From Myxococcota bacterium (GTDB lineage Bacteria; Myxococcota_A; Polyangia; Nannocystales; Nannocystaceae): DNA of 64,000 bases. Made by a program: the position numbers and the translations under genes. Below are positions 61,436 through 64,000 of the stretch, one piece after another (position 1 is the first letter of the stretch; each line of letters opens with the position of its first letter). The notes beneath the pieces are model-generated. The model saw only the letters and a list, made by a program, of their open reading frames with translations, did no database searches and was not told the DNA's origin. The stretch is from contig JBCCHT010000054.1 of assembly GCA_039028615.1 (NCBI GenBank), positions 20,696-84,695 of the forward strand. Reading direction: 5' to 3'.

Positions 61436-62125
61436 ATGCGGGGGATGGTCATGGCGGGAGCCGTCGTCGCGTTGGTCGGCTCGGGCTGCGCCGCGCCCAA
61501 CCTCTCGCGCACGGTCGGACGCGGCAACTCCGAGCTCCACGCCAGCGCGGGTGGGCCCTTCGCCGCCGTACTCGGCCCTCCGCTGCCCGTCCCGCACGCC
61601 AACGTGGGCGGCCGAGTGGGCGTGAGCAACCGGGTCGACCTCGACGGCAACGTCAACCTGCTGGCCATGGCCTTCCAGATCCTGGCCTTCGACGTCGCGG
61701 CCAACGTGCAGCTGTACCGACGACGGGGCGGACTGGCGGTGGCCGGATCGACGCGCCTGTACCTCATGGGCGATCTCGACGAGCCCCCCGCGACGCGGCT
61801 GTACCCCGAGCTCGGCTTGCATGCGGGCGGTCCCGTGCCGCGCGTCGACTGGCTGCACCTGTACGGCGGGCAGACCCTCGTCGTCTCGCCGAACCCGCCG
61901 CGCGACGGCTCGGCCGTGTTCTGGACGCCCTTTTTCGGCGTCGAGTTCCTGCTGCCCTACCAGCGGGCGCGCCGGGGTCGGACCCGCCAGCACGGCATCG
62001 CGATCCACACCGCGTGGATGAACCCGCACGAGCAGCGCAACACCGTGCTCGACTACCAGCCCAGCCGCGGCGCCATCGCGGTGCACCTGGGCTATCGGCT
62101 GCGATTCGGAGGGCTCGACCGATGA
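61436..62125 (+). CDS. Hypothetical lipoprotein, beta-barrel-like
   Basis: GSGC lipobox-like; amphipathic beta strands ending HLGYRLRF. Confidence 0.65.
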   Translation: MRGMVMAGAVVALVGSGCAAPNLSRTVGRGNSELHASAGGPFAAVLGPPLPVPHANVGGRVGVSNRVDLDGNVNLLAMAFQILAFDVAANVQLYRRRGGLAVAGSTRLYLMGDLDEPPATRLYPELGLHAGGPVPRVDWLHLYGGQTLVVSPNPPRDGSAVFWTPFFGVEFLLPYQRARRGRTRQHGIAIHTAWMNPHEQRNTVLDYQPSRGAIAVHLGYRLRFGGLDR

Positions 62126-63063
62126 CCCGCCGACTCGTCGCGACCGCAGCCGGCCTGGTGCTGCTCGCCAGCGGCTGCCTGACCCTCGACTCGTTCTTCT
62201 TCAGCAACGAGCCGGTCGAAGACTATCGCTGGGACGACGACCCCTGCGATCCGCAGCTCCAAGGCGAGATCACAGAGGCCGAGAACCGTCTCGAAGGCGG
62301 TCCCGCCCCCAGCTGCCACCCCTCGCGGATCGGCCCCGACGAGCGCCACGAAGGCTTCGTCTCGCTGGAGGACGGCCGCAAGATCCACTACGTCTACGCC
62401 CACAACCCGGCCGCGACCACGACGATCTTCTACAGCCACGGCACCAGCCGACACCTCGGCCGCTACTGGGATCGCGTGGAGCTGCTGTGGTCGTGGGGCT
62501 ACAACGTGATGATCTACGACTATCCCGGCTACGGGCGCTCCGAGGGCGAGCCCGACCAGGCCGGGGTCTACGCGTCGGCCCGCGCCGTGCTCGAGCGAGT
62601 GCTGCCCGACATGCCGGGCGTCGACCTCGATCGGGTGTTCTTCATGGGCTACTCGCTGGGCGGCGGCCCCACCTACCAGCTCGCGTTCGAGGCCAGCGCA
62701 GGCACCTTGTCGGTCACGCCCCGCGGCGTCGTCACCGAGGCCGTGTTCTGTAGCACCGAGGCGCTCATCCAGGACGGCACTCGGCTCGACCTCCCCGTCG
62801 AGTTCCTCAGCGACAATCCCTTCGACAACTGCGATCGCATCGGCCGTCTCGATCGAGACCTACCCGTGCTCCTCGTACACGGGGCCGCGGACGACTTCAT
62901 CGTCCCGCTCCACGCCCACATGCTGCACGACGCCGCCGTGGGCGAGGACGTGACGCTGCTGCTCGTCCCCGAGTCCGACCACAGCGAAGTGCCCGTGGCC
63001 GGTCGCGAACTGTACGAGCAGTCGCTCCGTGATTTCTTCGACCGGCTCGCGCCGACCGAGTGA
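62122..63063 (+). CDS. Alpha/beta hydrolase lipoprotein
   Basis: ASGC lipobox; YSHG, DYPGYGRSEG, GYSLG nucleophile elbow, HGAADD, SDH; ATGA overlap. Confidence 0.9.
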   Translation: MTRRLVATAAGLVLLASGCLTLDSFFFSNEPVEDYRWDDDPCDPQLQGEITEAENRLEGGPAPSCHPSRIGPDERHEGFVSLEDGRKIHYVYAHNPAATTTIFYSHGTSRHLGRYWDRVELLWSWGYNVMIYDYPGYGRSEGEPDQAGVYASARAVLERVLPDMPGVDLDRVFFMGYSLGGGPTYQLAFEASAGTLSVTPRGVVTEAVFCSTEALIQDGTRLDLPVEFLSDNPFDNCDRIGRLDRDLPVLLVHGAADDFIVPLHAHMLHDAAVGEDVTLLLVPESDHSEVPVAGRELYEQSLRDFFDRLAPTE

Positions 63064-63658
63064 CCCGAAGAAAAAGATCGAGCGGGAAGTGGCCGAAACG
63101 TGGACAGAAAGGCCACCTCCCGCTCGAGAACGCCGAGACACACGCACCGGGCATGACCGCGACCAGCTCCATGCCCTCGTTCCCTGCGCTCGGATCGTCA
63201 TTGGGTGAGTCCGGTCCAATGACGACCGTAGTGGTGATGAATCGATAGAATGGGTTGAACGCGATTTCTCCCTGCGAGTGCCAAACATCCCCGTCCCGCG
63301 CTCCGCACGGCCCCGATAGACGGCCCATATCAGCGCATCCATAGTCATTTGAAGCCCATGTTCACGGTCGGTCCGCGTCATGAAAAATCGCGAATCTACT
63401 CGGTGTTGGTTCCTCCCCCTAGGCAACCTCCCGGAGCCCTCCCCACGGATGCCCCTCGCTGATTGAAGGTCCCGCCCGCGGCCAAACGGATCACTGCTCG
63501 GCGGATTTTTTTCGGAGTCCCTGCGTCGATTGGACCACGAGGGGCGGCGCGACCAGGAATCGACCAGCGATCGCAAATGGCCGTGATCCACCCTCGGGCG
63601 TCGTGGACCTCATCGAGTGCGCGAAGGCTTCCCTTCCGCACGTGAAGGGCCGACGACC

Positions 63659-64000
63659 ATGAAACTCGAGCTTGCCACCATCACCTCCTTCGTTTCCATG
63701 CTCGCGCTGGGCTGCGTTGCCGACGATGCTTCGACGCCGAGCGAGAACGACGAAATGACCTCGGGCACGGACGGTACCGTCAACACCTCGGGGACCCCGG
63801 CCGACGACGACGCCCCGAACACATCGGGCATGGACGACCCCAGCGACGACGGGGAGCAAACCGACGACGGCAACACGACCGAGCCCGAGCCCGATGCCAC
63901 AGAGGGCGAGGACGACAGCACGGGCGAGGGGCCGACCGACGGCAGCTGCGACGTCTGGGAGCAGGACTGCCCCGAGGGCGAAAAATGTGCCGCCTACGCC
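63659..64000 (+). CDS. Acidic lipoprotein, 3'-truncated by window end
   Basis: MKLELATITSFVSMLALGC, Asp/Thr linker, CDVWEQDCPEGEKCAAYA. Confidence 0.75.
   Translation, partial: MKLELATITSFVSMLALGCVADDASTPSENDEMTSGTDGTVNTSGTPADDDAPNTSGMDDPSDDGEQTDDGNTTEPEPDATEGEDDSTGEGPTDGSCDVWEQDCPEGEKCAAYA

Noticed and set aside
63064..63658. Long intergenic region as ncRNA/riboswitch (also 26300-26930 and 40390-40800)
   Set aside because: No recognisable conserved RNA motif or strong structure seen by eye; would need an Rfam scan.

Overview
High-GC bacterial chromosomal DNA. The gene content (Cys-rich DUF4215 repeats, a MYXO-CTERM tail, TPR Ser/Thr kinases, acidic lipoproteins) points to a myxobacterium, probably Nannocystaceae-like; this is inference. 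About 47 CDSs are supported, including hrpB, a neutral ceramidase, an M3 peptidase, sixA, tmcA, two transglutaminase-like proteins, a RoxA-like diheme protein, three tandem paralogous lipoproteins (one frameshifted), two TPR kinases, two paralogous ECF sigma factors, a SMUG1-type uracil glycosylase and thioredoxin. There is also a candidate isoprenoid-tailoring cluster: squalene/phytoene synthase-like, MpaB/Lcp-like oxygenase, GNAT-like protein, heme-oxygenase-like diiron enzyme and HpnR-like B12 radical SAM. I found no rRNA, tRNA, CRISPR array, transposase or reverse transcriptase. The most unusual signal is non-coding. A 165-bp long-hairpin element with GTAG at its apex occurs seven times in three tandem arrays (~24.8 kb, ~53.3 kb, ~58.1 kb). 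Each array sits inside a 2.5-3 kb zone of strong G/C strand skew. The sign of the skew follows the element's orientation rather than gene direction and reshapes synonymous codons of the flanking genes. This suggests an orientation-specific, strand-selective cytosine-loss process centred on the element.
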